A stretch of 64,000 bases of DNA from Methanofastidiosum sp. (GTDB taxonomy: Archaea; Methanobacteriota_B; Thermococci; Methanofastidiosales; Methanofastidiosaceae): assembly GCA_035362715.1 (NCBI GenBank), contig DAOSDU010000002.1, positions 131,400-195,399 on the forward strand, in the 5' to 3' direction. Each line of letters opens with the position of its first letter. Within the stretch, counting starts at the first letter, position 1. Positions 28,860 to 40,162 of the stretch are shown here, piece after piece. The notes under the pieces were generated by a model. It was not told the origin of the DNA. It saw only the letters and a list, made by a program, of their open reading frames with translations, and searched no databases. Position numbers and translations under genes: made by a program.

Positions 28860-30355
28860 ATTCAATGCTCTCAAAGCAAGAGAAGATTATTCTAAAAGTA
28901 TTGGGTGACTTAAAAGGGGAATCAAATCCTGAGGAAATAGCTAAGATTTCACAATTACCCGAAGTCGCAGTAATGAGAACTCTTCTTTATCTGTCAAGTA
29001 AGGAGTTAGTAATAGTTGATGAAAAAGGCGTTTCTAACTTGTTACTAACGAATGAAGGTAAAACAAGTTTAGCAAACGGACTATTAGAAAAGATATTCAT
29101 TAAAGGAATAAAAGATAAACTCCCATTAGGTGAAATTGGACTTTCTGAAGAAGAAAGAAATATTGCCATTGGAATGGCAAGAAGAAATGGGTGGATATCT
29201 ATAGAGAAAAATAATAATTCGCTATCATTCTCTTTGACAGATAAAGGAAAAACTGTATTAAACGAAAAAACTTCTGAAGAGATTGCATTAGAAGATATCT
29301 CTAAGAAAAAATTAGTAGACGATAATCTAGTAACTCTTCTTGTTAAGAGAAAACTTGTTGAAAGGAAATTAGACACTGTCAGAAAGATATACCTGACTGA
29401 ATTAGGAAAAAAAGAATTATCAAAAGGAATAGAAATAACAGACGAGATTTCTGAATTAACTCCAGACATGTTAAAAAATCAAAACTGGAGGGATGTTACT
29501 TTAAAAAGATTTGATGTTTCATCGGATGTCAAAGTATTCTACCCTTCAAGAAAACATTTTGTTAATCAGGCAATTGAGTATATCAGAAAAATCTGGCTTG
29601 AGATGGGATTTAAAGAAATGTCAGGTCCAATGATAGATACTTCTTTTTGGGTTTTCGATGCATTATTTCAACCTCAAGACCACCCTGCCAGAGACATGCA
29701 AGATACATTTTTTATTGAATCTCCAAGATTTGGGCAAATTGATCCAAAATTTTCTAATAAAATTTGTGCTATGCATGAACACGGAGGCGACATAAACTCC
29801 AAGGGTTGGGGATATAAATGGGATAAAAAAATCAGTGAAGAATATGTCCTAAGAACCCACACTACATCTCTTTCTGTAAGAACTCTCAGTACTTTAAAAC
29901 CTGAAGATTTACCTGTAAAATTTTTCTCAGTTGGTAAAGTATTTAGAAATGAAAAACTTGACTGGAAACATCTTTTTGAGTTTTATCAAACTGATGGTAT
30001 AGTAGTCGATGAGGATGCTAATTTTAAACACCTTCTGGGTTACCTCAAACGTTTCCTAAACAAAATGGGACATTCAAAAATAAGATTTAGACCTGCATAT
30101 TTCCCATACACAGAACCAAGTATCGAAGTAGACATTTATAATAAAAATAAAGGTGAATGGGTAGAACTCTTGGGCGCAGGTATTTTTAGACCTGAAGTAG
30201 TTGTACCTCTCTTGGGAAAGGATATACCGGTACTTGCATGGGGCCCAGGATTTGGTAGAATTATGATGGAATATTATGGATTGACTGACATCCGACAGAA
30301 GTATATGAACGACCTCGACATGATGAAAAAATTACCTATTTGGATGAAAGGGTGA
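28856..30355 (+). CDS. pheS: Phenylalanine--tRNA ligase alpha subunit (archaeal type)
   Basis: Class II motifs (FQPQDHPARDMQDTFF; GAGIFRPEV). 499 aa. Confidence 0.85.
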   Translation: MNSMLSKQEKIILKVLGDLKGESNPEEIAKISQLPEVAVMRTLLYLSSKELVIVDEKGVSNLLLTNEGKTSLANGLLEKIFIKGIKDKLPLGEIGLSEEERNIAIGMARRNGWISIEKNNNSLSFSLTDKGKTVLNEKTSEEIALEDISKKKLVDDNLVTLLVKRKLVERKLDTVRKIYLTELGKKELSKGIEITDEISELTPDMLKNQNWRDVTLKRFDVSSDVKVFYPSRKHFVNQAIEYIRKIWLEMGFKEMSGPMIDTSFWVFDALFQPQDHPARDMQDTFFIESPRFGQIDPKFSNKICAMHEHGGDINSKGWGYKWDKKISEEYVLRTHTTSLSVRTLSTLKPEDLPVKFFSVGKVFRNEKLDWKHLFEFYQTDGIVVDEDANFKHLLGYLKRFLNKMGHSKIRFRPAYFPYTEPSIEVDIYNKNKGEWVELLGAGIFRPEVVVPLLGKDIPVLAWGPGFGRIMMEYYGLTDIRQKYMNDLDMMKKLPIWMKG

Positions 30356-30359
30356 TAAG

Positions 30360-32018
30360 ATGCCGACAGTTAATTTTGATAAGAATGAATTCATATCCCT
30401 ACTAGGAAAAGATGTTGATGATAAAACATTAAGTGATAGGATATCTATGATTGGCACTGACCTTGAAAAAGTAAATCCTGAGGTAGTAGTTGAAGTTTTC
30501 CCAGATAGGCCAGATTTGTTATCGATCGAGGGATTTACAAGTGCACTTAAAGGTTTTATGGGAATTGAGAAAGGGCCCATAGATTTCAAAGTTCATAATT
30601 CCAGTTACGGGGGTAAAGTTGACCCTAAAGTCAAATCTGTCAGGCCTTTTGCAGTTGGTGCAATAGTCAAAGGAATTAAATTTGATGATGATACAATTAG
30701 GTCATTAATGCAGATACAGGAAAAACTGCATATTACTCACGGTAGAAATAGAAAAAAAGTTGCAATAGGTGTGCATGACCTAGATAAGATTAAATTCCCC
30801 ATTAAGTATACAACAATGCCAAGAGACTTCTCTTTTATACCTTTAGAATTTGAAAAGAATCTAACTATTGATGAAATATTAAAGACCCACCCAAAGGGAG
30901 TTGCATACTCTCATCTATTGTCAGAGTTTGAAGAATGCCCTATATGGGTAGATGACAATGGCCAAGTTTTGTCAATGCCACCAATAATAAATTCAGACTA
31001 TACAAAAGTCACAGAAAAAACAAAAAATTTATTCTTAGATATTACGGGTACTCACAGAAAAAGTATTGAATACGCTTTGAACATAATATTGATGGGACTT
31101 TTCATTAGGGGTGCGGAGATATACTCTCTAAAATTGAACGACGAAGGAAAAGATTTAATTTATCCAAACCTTAATAGGGAAAGACTTGAATTGGATCTTT
31201 CATATTCTAATAAGATACTAGGATTGAATTTATCTGAAGCTGAAACAGCAGACTTATTAATGAAAATGCGATATGGCATAGCTTCAAAATCTAAAGATAA
31301 AATTATTGTGGAAATTCCGCCTTACAGAGCAGATATTTTACATCCAATAGATTTAGTTGAAGATGTGTCTATTGCCTACGGATTTGAAAACTTTATTCCC
31401 GAAATCCCCAAAATTGCAACAATTGGCCAAGAGAATTCTATCGAGGTATTCATAAGAAAGATAGAAGAAGTGATGGTGGGATTTAATTTCTTCGAAGTAA
31501 AGAATTACATCCTCTCTAATGAAGATGTTTTGATTACTAAAATGCTTGACAATAAAAGAAAACTTGTAAAGACAAGGAATGCTGTAAATACGGAATTTGA
31601 CACTGTTAGGAGTAGTCTCTTGCCCTTGCTAATAAAGACATTAGTTTCAAATTCACACTATGAATACCCTCAGAATATATTTGAAGTAGGGGTAGTTGTT
31701 CCAGATCAAAACTTAATAGAAAAGCAGTATCTTTCTTGCACAATATGCCACCCCAAGGCCAATTTTTCTGAAATAAAGGGAATATTTAATGGCCTTCTTT
31801 CTTCTTTCGGGCTCCAATATTCTGTAAATGAAAAAGAGTATCCTTATTTTATTGAAGGAAGATCTTGCGCTCTAGAAATCGATGGGTCAAATATAGGCAA
31901 AATGGGAGAATTAAATCCTGAAGTGTTATATAATTTCAAACTAGAAATGCCAGTTTCTGCATTTGAGATTGACCTCTCAGCTTTATTCGCTCTTTTCAAA
32001 GAAAAGATACAAGGGTAA
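30360..32018 (+). CDS. pheT: Phenylalanine--tRNA ligase beta subunit
   Basis: 552 aa with B3/4 and B5 domains; immediately follows pheS. Confidence 0.85.
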   Translation: MPTVNFDKNEFISLLGKDVDDKTLSDRISMIGTDLEKVNPEVVVEVFPDRPDLLSIEGFTSALKGFMGIEKGPIDFKVHNSSYGGKVDPKVKSVRPFAVGAIVKGIKFDDDTIRSLMQIQEKLHITHGRNRKKVAIGVHDLDKIKFPIKYTTMPRDFSFIPLEFEKNLTIDEILKTHPKGVAYSHLLSEFEECPIWVDDNGQVLSMPPIINSDYTKVTEKTKNLFLDITGTHRKSIEYALNIILMGLFIRGAEIYSLKLNDEGKDLIYPNLNRERLELDLSYSNKILGLNLSEAETADLLMKMRYGIASKSKDKIIVEIPPYRADILHPIDLVEDVSIAYGFENFIPEIPKIATIGQENSIEVFIRKIEEVMVGFNFFEVKNYILSNEDVLITKMLDNKRKLVKTRNAVNTEFDTVRSSLLPLLIKTLVSNSHYEYPQNIFEVGVVVPDQNLIEKQYLSCTICHPKANFSEIKGIFNGLLSSFGLQYSVNEKEYPYFIEGRSCALEIDGSNIGKMGELNPEVLYNFKLEMPVSAFEIDLSALFALFKEKIQG

Positions 32019-32589
32019 GAATTATTCCTGATATTAGTGGTATGGATAAATTATCATTTACTTTTATTAGATATCCTTCTGCAAATGTAGCAGCAAGTGC
32101 ACCGCTTATAGCCATAAATGGATTTAAAATAAGAAGTCCGACAAGAAGGCACGATACAAAGCAGGCAAGACTGCCTTCCACTGATTTTTTTCCACCCATA
32201 TATTTTATTCTCCCATACCTCTTACCGATTATAGCCGAAAAAAAATCACCTACAGAATTGAAGCTTATAGCTGCAATGGCAATATTTTTTTCGAATAGAA
32301 GAACTGTAAAAAATGAAGAAATGATAAAATACGTTGCAGCTGACAAATCAACTTTTTCATAATCTCTAACAGTTTTTCCAACAACTTTTGGGATAAAATC
32401 ATTTCCAAAATTGTATCTTAACCTTAAAAATTCCACAAATACGAAAACAAGAACTAGAATGGACATTCCAAATATTGCCTCTTTTTTGTCAAAGAATAAG
32501 TAGCTTATTGGGATCAACAATCCTATCTCGTGAAATATTTTCCTTTTGAACTCAGAATCCATAGTAATCCTCATTAAATTTATAAACAT
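31996..32589 (-). CDS. Polyprenol/dolichol kinase or CarS-like CTP-dependent membrane enzyme
   Basis: 6-TM protein with GDFFSAIIGKRYGRIKY...KSVEGS, resembling the DolK/CarS (DUF46/Sec59) motif. Confidence 0.4.
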   Translation of the reverse strand: MFINLMRITMDSEFKRKIFHEIGLLIPISYLFFDKKEAIFGMSILVLVFVFVEFLRLRYNFGNDFIPKVVGKTVRDYEKVDLSAATYFIISSFFTVLLFEKNIAIAAISFNSVGDFFSAIIGKRYGRIKYMGGKKSVEGSLACFVSCLLVGLLILNPFMAISGALAATFAEGYLIKVNDNLSIPLISGIILTLVSFL

Positions 32590-32626
32590 TATAAGTGGGG
32601 TTATTTTTAATGTTTGGGGTATATAG

Positions 32627-33466
32627 ATGAAACTAATAATAAGTTCAGAATTAGATATGGCTGGAGAAAATATACGAGAGAACTTAATTCAAAATTATCC
32701 CTTTGAAAAACTGGAAGGTAATACTTTTTATGATAAGAATAAAGACTCATTACTTGTAAAAATAAAAAATGAAACTATTTATACAGATTTTCCAGAAAAT
32801 ATAGTACAAGAAGAAGTTAAAGATTATAATTTAAGCGCTATTGATTCAATTTTTTTTGCAACAAGACATAAATCTGTTACCAAAATACCAACTTTAACTT
32901 GCCACACACCAGGAAATTTTGGTAACGCGGATTATGGTGGTAAAGACGGCCAAGTTTCTCCGTCTAATCCGGTATTTCAAAAACTAGTATTAAACGAAAT
33001 CATGGATTTATCAAAAGACCTTGAAATATCTTTTGAAGTTTCCCTTGAAGCTACACACCACGGGCCATTAACAGGGCTTCCTACAACTTTTATTGAGATT
33101 GGAAGCGATGAAACATATTGGGGGGTAAAAGAAGCTGGTGAAGTTATATCTTCAGCAATTTACAAATCGCTTTCTTATAATGAAAATAAATATTCTTTCA
33201 GAATCGCCGCTGGAATAGGCGGGGGTCATTATTGCCCTAAATTTACTGAAATCATGTTAAATACCGATATTGCAATAGGCCATGTAATTGCAAAGTATAA
33301 TACTCCAGTCACGGATTCAATTCTTTATGAATTAGTAACAAAAAGTGGGCCACTGGACGTTGTTCTTTTAGATTGGAAGGGAGTTAAGGAACGGTCAGAT
33401 TTAAAAGACAAACTTACTAGTAGAAGTATATCATTTGTAAAAACAAGTGATATTGTAAAAGAATAA
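32627..33466 (+). CDS. dtdA: D-aminoacyl-tRNA deacylase, archaeal type (DtdA)
   Basis: 279 aa with the SLEATHHGP motif. Confidence 0.5.
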   Translation: MKLIISSELDMAGENIRENLIQNYPFEKLEGNTFYDKNKDSLLVKIKNETIYTDFPENIVQEEVKDYNLSAIDSIFFATRHKSVTKIPTLTCHTPGNFGNADYGGKDGQVSPSNPVFQKLVLNEIMDLSKDLEISFEVSLEATHHGPLTGLPTTFIEIGSDETYWGVKEAGEVISSAIYKSLSYNENKYSFRIAAGIGGGHYCPKFTEIMLNTDIAIGHVIAKYNTPVTDSILYELVTKSGPLDVVLLDWKGVKERSDLKDKLTSRSISFVKTSDIVKE

Positions 33467-33516
33467 GGATTACCACTAAAGCGAAGCATTATACATAGCA
33501 TTATTAAGCAAAAGCT

Positions 33517-33524
33517 TTATATAC
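33517..33524 (+). promoter_or_regulatory. BRE/TATA-like element (aaagcTTTATATAc) upstream of ftsZ
   Basis: An archaeal TATA consensus about 80 nt upstream of the ATG. The RBS agggggag lies at -12. Confidence 0.3.
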
Positions 33525-33604
33525 TATTAACCTATATAGATAACAAATAGGAGTTTTATGTTACCAATAATAAGTAGCTACATTAACGATAAAGGGGGAG
33601 TTAA

Positions 33605-34726
33605 ATGAGATCTGTTATTGAAGATGCCATTGAGAGGGCGGTAACAGAAAAAGATATTGTTAAGGATCATCGCTATACTTCTGTGGATGAGGAACTTGAA
33701 AGAGTACTTAGAGAATCAAGAGCCAAGATAAAAGTAGTAGGAACAGGTGGAGCTGGCTCCAATGCAATTGACAGATTAATGGAAATTGGAGTAATTGGAG
33801 TTGAAGCAATAGCAGTTAATACTGATGCCCAAGATTTACTAGATACTAGAGCAGACAAAAAAATATTGATTGGAAAAGAAGTCACTAGAGGTTTAGGAGC
33901 AGGCAACGATCCAAAAGTTGGAGAAGAGTCTGCAAGAGAAGACGAGAGGACAATTAAAGAAGTAATAGAAGGAAGCGATATGGTTTTTGTCACCTGTGGA
34001 TTAGGTGGAGGAACGGGGACTGGTTCTGCACCAGTAATTGCCGAAATTGCTAAAAAAATGGGGGCACTAACTGTTGCAGTTGTGACTTTACCTTTCACAG
34101 TTGAAGGTTTGAGACGACAAAGAAATGCCGAAAAAGGACTTGAGAGATTAAGAAAAGTTAGCGATACTGTAATTGTCATACCAAACGATAAATTGCTAGA
34201 TATAGCACCTGGTTTACCCATAAACGCGGCTTTTAAAGTTTCTGATGATATACTGATTAGAGCTGTTGGCGGAATAGCTGAATTAATTACAAAACCTGGA
34301 TTAGTAAACGTTGACTTCGCCGATGTTAGATCTGTAATGAAAGAAGGAGACGTTGCAATGATCGGAATGGGAGAATCCGATACGGAGAACAGAGCTAAAG
34401 AAGCAATAACTGAAGCTTTGAGTAGCCCTCTGATAGATGTAGATGTAACCGGTGCCAAAGGCGCGTTAATTAACATCACTGGAAGTTCAAATATGAAACT
34501 AGAAGAAGCAGAGAAGATCGTAGAGCATGTAACAAATGAACTTGAGCCAGATGCCCAGATTATTTGGGGTGCAATGATAAACGAAGAAATTAAAAATGGA
34601 CTTAGAGTAATGGTAGTTCTTTCAGGAGTCAAATCACCTTACATATTCGGAAGAAAAGAAACTGAGATGCTTATAGAGAGCGAAACACCCGTTAGGGGAA
34701 TCGATCTTGGAATAGAATACATTTAA
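33605..34726 (+). CDS. ftsZ: Cell division GTPase FtsZ
   Basis: GGGTGTG tubulin signature and the T7 loop. 373 aa. Confidence 0.9.
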   Translation: MRSVIEDAIERAVTEKDIVKDHRYTSVDEELERVLRESRAKIKVVGTGGAGSNAIDRLMEIGVIGVEAIAVNTDAQDLLDTRADKKILIGKEVTRGLGAGNDPKVGEESAREDERTIKEVIEGSDMVFVTCGLGGGTGTGSAPVIAEIAKKMGALTVAVVTLPFTVEGLRRQRNAEKGLERLRKVSDTVIVIPNDKLLDIAPGLPINAAFKVSDDILIRAVGGIAELITKPGLVNVDFADVRSVMKEGDVAMIGMGESDTENRAKEAITEALSSPLIDVDVTGAKGALINITGSSNMKLEEAEKIVEHVTNELEPDAQIIWGAMINEEIKNGLRVMVVLSGVKSPYIFGRKETEMLIESETPVRGIDLGIEYI

Positions 34727-34750
34727 AAAGGATTCTCATTAATTAGCCTC

Positions 34751-34954
34751 ATGACAGAGGCTAATCTAAAGAAAAAGGAAAGAGCAAGAAGTTGGATTTC
34801 CGAATACACAAGAGTGCTAAAACTTGCTAAGAAGCCTGGCAGAAAGGAATATTCGCTTACATCTAAAGTAACTGGAATTGGGATAGTACTTATTGGGATA
34901 ATTGGTTACTCAATAAAATATCTCTCAGTTTTAATCCAAAGTCTTGGAGCATAA
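34751..34954 (+). CDS. secE: Preprotein translocase subunit SecE (Sec61 gamma)
   Basis: 67 aa, basic N-terminus plus a C-terminal TM helix, in the conserved position before spt5-rpl11. Confidence 0.6.
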   Translation: MTEANLKKKERARSWISEYTRVLKLAKKPGRKEYSLTSKVTGIGIVLIGIIGYSIKYLSVLIQSLGA

Positions 34955-35029
34955 ATTCCTTCTAAAAAGGCTAAACTTTTTAAATCTTTGAGTACCTTTG
35001 ATTTTGTTGTTATTGTGGGTGAGAATGTA

Positions 35030-35488
35030 ATGGATGATGACGAGAATCCAATCTTTGCATTAAAGGTAGCTGTTAATCAAGAACAGAACGTAGCAAAGAT
35101 GATAGAGGGAAAAGTAAAAACTAACAACCTTAAAATTTATGCAGTCTTAGCACCAGAAACCTTAAAAGGGTATGTTTTCATTGAGGCGAGTGATAAAGGG
35201 GCTGTAGAAGAAGCCATTCAAGGCCTTCGAAATGTAAGAGGGATTCTTGAAGGTAAAATCGCCTTTGATGAAATAAGTCATTTCTTAGAGGCTAAGCCAT
35301 CGGTATCTGGTCTTGCAAAAGGTGACATTGTAGAATTAATAGCAGGGCCATTTAAGGGTGAAAAAGCTAAGATTATAAGGGTAGATAAAGGCAAAGAAGA
35401 ACTTACAGTTGAGCTTCTTGAAGCAATGGTGCCTATACCCGTTACCGTTAAAGGAGATTATGTCAGAATTATAGAGAAAAAGAGCTAG
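35030..35488 (+). CDS. spt5: Transcription elongation factor Spt5 (NusG homolog)
   Basis: NGN and KOW domains (GDIVELIAGPFKGEKAKIIRVD). I chose the start at MDDDENPIFALKV, which fits the Spt5 N-terminus better than the 34988 start. Confidence 0.8.
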   Translation: MDDDENPIFALKVAVNQEQNVAKMIEGKVKTNNLKIYAVLAPETLKGYVFIEASDKGAVEEAIQGLRNVRGILEGKIAFDEISHFLEAKPSVSGLAKGDIVELIAGPFKGEKAKIIRVDKGKEELTVELLEAMVPIPVTVKGDYVRIIEKKS

Positions 35489-35498
35489 TGGTGATATA

Positions 35499-35978
35499 AT
35501 GGGAAAAGAGAGATCTGTTACCTCACTTGTTGATGGAGGAAAGGCTACTGCCGGTCCACCTTTAGGACCTGCTTTGGGACCACTTGGTATTAATGTGGGA
35601 AAGGTTGTCGCCGAAATAAATGAAAAAACGAAAGATTTTCAAGGAATGAAAGTCCCAGTTAAGATTTTTGTTGATGACAAAAAGAACTTCAGAGTTGAAG
35701 TTGGTGTTCCTCCCGCATCCGCATTAATTCTAAAAGATCTTAAATTAGAAAAAGGATCTTCTACACCATCTTCAAGTAAAGTTGGAGATATTAGTATAGA
35801 TGCACTTGTTAGAATTGCTAAGATGAAGGAACCTTCTTCATTATCTCCTGATATTGCAGGAGTGGTTAAAGAGATTCTAGGAACATGTGTTTCTATGGGC
35901 GTAACTTGTGAGGGCAAAGACCCCAGAGTAGTCCAAAACGAGATAAAAGAAGGAAAATACGATAATATAATTAAATAA
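35499..35978 (+). CDS. rpl11: 50S ribosomal protein L11
   Basis: L11 N-terminal Pro-rich motif (GPPLGPALGPLGIN). Confidence 0.85.
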   Translation: MGKERSVTSLVDGGKATAGPPLGPALGPLGINVGKVVAEINEKTKDFQGMKVPVKIFVDDKKNFRVEVGVPPASALILKDLKLEKGSSTPSSSKVGDISIDALVRIAKMKEPSSLSPDIAGVVKEILGTCVSMGVTCEGKDPRVVQNEIKEGKYDNIIK

Positions 35979-35990
35979 GGAGGAATCGTT

Positions 35991-36635
35991 TTGAAAGAGG
36001 CTGTATTACGAGCAGTGAAGAAGGCAAAGGAAACTTCAAAGCCGAGAAACTTCACACAGTCAATGGAGATGAGTATAAATCTTCAAGGACTAGACATGAA
36101 AAAAACACAAAACCGAATCAAAGAAGACTTTGTTTTACCTAACGGAAGGGGCAAAGATGTGAAGATTGGGATCTTTGCTTCAGGGGATATGGCATTAAGA
36201 GCCAAAAAGGAAAACTTGTCTGTATTTGATCAAGAAGACATAGAAAAATTCGCAAAGGACAAAAAACTTGCAAAAAAAGTTGCAAATACTCACGATTTTT
36301 TCATAGCGCAAACAGATTTCATGACCTTAGTTGGAAAATCATTAGGTCCAATATTTGCGCCAAGAGGAAAAACACCTGCACCTTTGCCTCCAACTGCTTC
36401 GCTTGAACCTATATTAAATAAACTGAAAAAAACAGTTAAAATAAAAAGCTACAATCAGTCCGTCATTCATATGTTCGTTGGCTCCGAAAAAATGGACGAT
36501 GAGATGTTAGCGGAAAACATTACAGAAATTGTTAAGTTTTTTGAAAAGAAACTTGAGAAAGGATTCGATAACATAAAATCAATTTACATAAAAACTTCTA
36601 TGGGGCCTGCAGTAAAGCTGGAGGATTTTAAATGA
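35991..36635 (+). CDS. rpl1: 50S ribosomal protein L1
   Basis: 214 aa of L1-family sequence in the conserved operon position. Confidence 0.85.
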   Translation: MKEAVLRAVKKAKETSKPRNFTQSMEMSINLQGLDMKKTQNRIKEDFVLPNGRGKDVKIGIFASGDMALRAKKENLSVFDQEDIEKFAKDKKLAKKVANTHDFFIAQTDFMTLVGKSLGPIFAPRGKTPAPLPPTASLEPILNKLKKTVKIKSYNQSVIHMFVGSEKMDDEMLAENITEIVKFFEKKLEKGFDNIKSIYIKTSMGPAVKLEDFK

Positions 36636-37642
36636 AGGGAAGAGTAGCAGTTAAAGGGGACGTAGCTGAATGGAAAGCAGAAGAAGTTAACTCCCTAAGA
36701 GATATGATTAAGTCTTCTCCTGTAGTAGGAGTTGTTGAACTTCAAGGGATACCTGCAAAACAGTTACAGAATATAAGGGAAGAACTAAGAGGCAAAGTTA
36801 CTTTTAGAATGTCAAAAAATAAGTTAATGAAGATAGCTCTTGAAAAAACTGAAAAAGAATCCCTAATGGACCATATTAATGCAGGAGCAGCTTTCGTTTT
36901 TTCTAATGAAAATCCTTTTAGAATTTACCGACTTTTACAAAAATCAAAAGCACCAGCACCAGCAAAACCAGGTGACGTTGCAAAAAATGATATAATAATC
37001 CCTCAAGGAAGTACAGGATTGCCACCAGGGCCACTTGTAAGTGAGCTTCAAACTCTTGGAGTCCCAGCTAAAATTGACAAGGGTACGATATCTATTGAAA
37101 GAGATGCAGTACTCGTAAAGCATGGAGAAATAATATCCAAGAAAATTAGTGACATTCTTTCTCAGCTTAAAATTGAACCAATGGAAGTTGGTGCAGATTT
37201 GGCGGCTGCTTATGAAAATGGACTATTATTCAAAAGAGATGTTCTAACTATCGATGACGCCCAAACTAGAAATAACGTAATAAAGGCATTTTCAAATGCT
37301 TTGGCGCTATCCTTTGATAGAAGAATATTTACAAAACAAAGTGTAAAACTATTAATACAGCAAGGTGCACTTAAAACAAAATCCTTGGCAATTGGTGCAA
37401 ATATAGTTTCTCCTGAGACTATTGGGCCAATAATGTCAAAGAGTGTTGCCCAAGCTCTCAGTCTATCCAAATTGTTAAATGGCGCTGCGTTGGACGATGA
37501 ACTTAAAAATAAGCTCAACGTATCTCAATCGTCAGCCCCTGCTGAGACAAAAGTAGTTGAACATAAGGTTGAAGAAAATAAAGATAATAAAGATAAAGAT
37601 GGGGAAGCCGGATTAGAAGGTCTAGGTGCCCTATTTGGTTAA
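36632..37642 (+). CDS. rpl10: 50S ribosomal protein L10 (acidic P0)
   Basis: C-terminal [12 protein letters not shown] stalk tail. Confidence 0.85.
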   Translation: MKGRVAVKGDVAEWKAEEVNSLRDMIKSSPVVGVVELQGIPAKQLQNIREELRGKVTFRMSKNKLMKIALEKTEKESLMDHINAGAAFVFSNENPFRIYRLLQKSKAPAPAKPGDVAKNDIIIPQGSTGLPPGPLVSELQTLGVPAKIDKGTISIERDAVLVKHGEIISKKISDILSQLKIEPMEVGADLAAAYENGLLFKRDVLTIDDAQTRNNVIKAFSNALALSFDRRIFTKQSVKLLIQQGALKTKSLAIGANIVSPETIGPIMSKSVAQALSLSKLLNGAALDDELKNKLNVSQSSAPAETKVVEHKVEENKDNKDKDGEAGLEGLGALFG

Positions 37643-37653
37643 TTAATGGAGGT

Positions 37654-37968
37654 GTGATTATGGAATATGTATATGCTGCGATGATCCTTCATGAGGCTAA
37701 GAAGGAAATAAATGAAGCGAATTTAAACAGTGTTTTAAAAGCCGCTGGAGTAGCAGTCGATGAGGCCAGAATTAAAGCTCTTGTATCTTCATTGGAAGGT
37801 GTGGATATTGAGGATGCTATAAGCTCTGCTTCAATGCCAGTTGCTCAAGCACCTGTAGCTGCACCAGCAGCCGCTTCAGACCACAAAGCTTCTGAATCAA
37901 AGAAGGAAGAAAAGAAAGAAGAAGCAGAAGAATCGGCACTTGAAGGTTTAGGCGCTCTCTTCGGTTAA
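37654..37968 (+). CDS. rpl12: 50S ribosomal protein L12 (P1 stalk)
   Basis: 104 aa, Ala-rich hinge, C-terminal [13 protein letters not shown]. Confidence 0.85.
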   Translation: MIMEYVYAAMILHEAKKEINEANLNSVLKAAGVAVDEARIKALVSSLEGVDIEDAISSASMPVAQAPVAAPAAASDHKASESKKEEKKEEAEESALEGLGALFG

Positions 37969-38583
37969 TTCTGTATCTTCTATTTTTAATTTTCTCTTTT
38001 TAAATCCTTTACATATGATGTAAGTTTCACGGCTTGCTGATCTTGATGACTCAGGCTTTGATATTTTAACGTAATAAAAATCATTTTTTATATCGTCTAC
38101 TAATTCTTTAGTATATTCTCCTTGAAATAATTTTATGAGTAGATTTCCTTTATATTGTAACAAATTCGTGGATAATTCTAAGGCTCTATAACAAAGATCA
38201 ATAGACTTTTCATGGTCTAAAGATCTAATCCCTGATGTGTTAGGGGCAAGGTCTGAAATAATGGCGTTAAATTCTTGTTTAATATCCTTAATCCTCTCTA
38301 TAGTTGAACTATCAAATATATCTCCTTGGACAAAAAAAGAGTTGGGGAATTTTTCTTTCACGTTTTTCAAATCAACCCCCACTACTAACCCTGTATCTCC
38401 TACTAATGTTGATGCTATTTGCATCCATCCGCCGGGAGCAGCCCCTAGATCTAATACACTATACCCTTTCTTTATAATATTGAATTTTTTGTTAAGTTGA
38501 ATAAGCTTAAAAGAGGCTCTGGACTTATAACCCTCTTTCTTGGCCATTCTGTGATACCCATCTTTCTGCTGATACATAATCAA
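37948..38583 (-). CDS. rrmJ: 23S rRNA (uridine-2'-O)-methyltransferase RrmJ/FtsJ
   Basis: KSRASFKL motif, SAM site [15 protein letters not shown]. Converges on rpl12 and overlaps its 3' end by 21 nt. Confidence 0.75.
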   Translation of the reverse strand: MIMYQQKDGYHRMAKKEGYKSRASFKLIQLNKKFNIIKKGYSVLDLGAAPGGWMQIASTLVGDTGLVVGVDLKNVKEKFPNSFFVQGDIFDSSTIERIKDIKQEFNAIISDLAPNTSGIRSLDHEKSIDLCYRALELSTNLLQYKGNLLIKLFQGEYTKELVDDIKNDFYYVKISKPESSRSASRETYIICKGFKKRKLKIEDTELTEESA

Positions 38584-38621
38584 TATTATATAAAAACTCT
38601 TTTAAATGTATATTTTCCCCT

Positions 38622-40088
38622 ATGACTGTGTCAAATTTGCTTGAATCTGCATCTTACTGGAATACAAAGGGCATAATTCTAGATAGGATGGGAAAGCATA
38701 AAGATGCATTAGTCTGTTTTGAAAAGGCGAGGGCAATTGACCCTCATGATGCAGACGTCATAACTAACATTGGTATATCATTTGATAAACTAGGAAAACC
38801 GGAAGAAGCCTTAAAATTCTATGATATGGCTCTTCAAAAAAATGAAGACACTAAGACTCTTTATAATAAAGGTATATCTCTGTCAAAAATTGGAAATTAT
38901 TCTGAAGCAATAAATTGTTTTAAAAAAGTTCTAAATGAAGAAAAGAATAATAAAAATGCAATCATAAATCTTGCTATTGCACTACAAAAAATGGATAGAC
39001 TAGATGAAGCCATTTCAATTCTAAAAGAGTGGGGGGAATTTGACTACATTTATACAAGAGCCCAGTTAATGCTTGAAAATGGGAAAAAACAGATTGAAGA
39101 CTCAATAAATCTATTGCATATGTGTTTGAATGAGAATTCTGAAAGTATTCCTTCTCTTGAGAATATTTCTTATGCTCTAAAGATGCTAGGTATGGAAGGA
39201 GAATCCCTAAGATACTTAGAAAACGTTAGGCAGCTTTACTCTGAAAGAAGAAAAGTAGAAGATAAAATCAAAACTTTGAAAGAATTATTGGTGGATTCTT
39301 TATCTAATTATGAAAAAATAGGAGAAATTTTAATAACAAAAAAAGGATTAGGCAAAAATTATAATTTTTATAAAGATATCTTTGAAGGGCTTTATCAAGA
39401 TATTCTATTCATCGATGAAGATCATTCCTCATTTTTGGATAATTATGGAAAAAGATCAATATCCTCCTCTAACGTATATATCAAAGAGCTTCTAGTCCGG
39501 ATTAACAATTTAAGTGAAAGCCTCACCATATTGAAGCTTAAAATAGAAGAGGATATTGGTAGACCAAGTCTTAGATATATTTTTTATATATTGAACCCAT
39601 TAGAGCGGAAAAAAGAATCTGAAATTCAAGTATATTTAATTAATAATGGAGATATTGAAGCTTTTGACATATCTGTTTTAATAGAAAAAAACAAAGATTT
39701 GAATATATCAAAAATTGAAGATAAAATAGACTCGCTCAAACCCATGGAATATAGGCCTTATACCATTAAGATTAAGCCTAAGAACGAAGGAATATTTGAG
39801 ATTAATACTTTTTGTGATTATAGGGGAAATGAAGTCTATGAAACTAGAACTGTTTATCCCTTGGAAATACCATATTTGCCTGACGAGGACTCAATGTATT
39901 TGATTTCTTATCTAAAAGTTTTAAGGCTGGATATGGATACAACCGCAGAGGAAATAAAACGCAGATGGAAAGAGCTTTCTAAATATTATCACCCCGATAC
40001 AACCCAAGATGAAAAAGAAAAAATATTAAAAGAAGGCATTTTAAAAGAAATAAATGAAGCATATGAAGAATTGAAGAACTACTACTAG
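38622..40088 (+). CDS. TPR-repeat protein with a C-terminal J-domain (DnaJ-like, HPD motif)
   Basis: N-terminal TPR units (ALVCFEKARAIDPHDADVITNIG..., ALKFYDMALQKN). C-terminal EEIKRRWKELSKYYHPDT. Confidence 0.6.
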   Translation: MTVSNLLESASYWNTKGIILDRMGKHKDALVCFEKARAIDPHDADVITNIGISFDKLGKPEEALKFYDMALQKNEDTKTLYNKGISLSKIGNYSEAINCFKKVLNEEKNNKNAIINLAIALQKMDRLDEAISILKEWGEFDYIYTRAQLMLENGKKQIEDSINLLHMCLNENSESIPSLENISYALKMLGMEGESLRYLENVRQLYSERRKVEDKIKTLKELLVDSLSNYEKIGEILITKKGLGKNYNFYKDIFEGLYQDILFIDEDHSSFLDNYGKRSISSSNVYIKELLVRINNLSESLTILKLKIEEDIGRPSLRYIFYILNPLERKKESEIQVYLINNGDIEAFDISVLIEKNKDLNISKIEDKIDSLKPMEYRPYTIKIKPKNEGIFEINTFCDYRGNEVYETRTVYPLEIPYLPDEDSMYLISYLKVLRLDMDTTAEEIKRRWKELSKYYHPDTTQDEKEKILKEGILKEINEAYEELKNYY

Positions 40089-40162
40089 ATTATCAATATA
40101 TCCTTCTTACAATATTCATAAAAAACAGCAAGATATAAAAATTAAGTAAAGAAATAAGGCAT

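Noticed and set aside
33673-34632. 319-aa ORF antisense to ftsZ, and similar long antisense ORFs (9751-10179, 10495-10821, 28987-29469, 35639-36055 and others)
   Set aside because: Low-complexity S/T/P/I-rich translations opposite clearly conserved genes. Long ORFs of this kind are expected by chance.
37948-37968. 21-nt overlap of rrmJ (minus) with the rpl12 3' end, as a possible annotation error
   Set aside because: Convergent short overlaps are common in compact archaeal genomes. An alternative downstream stop for rrmJ is not available in frame.
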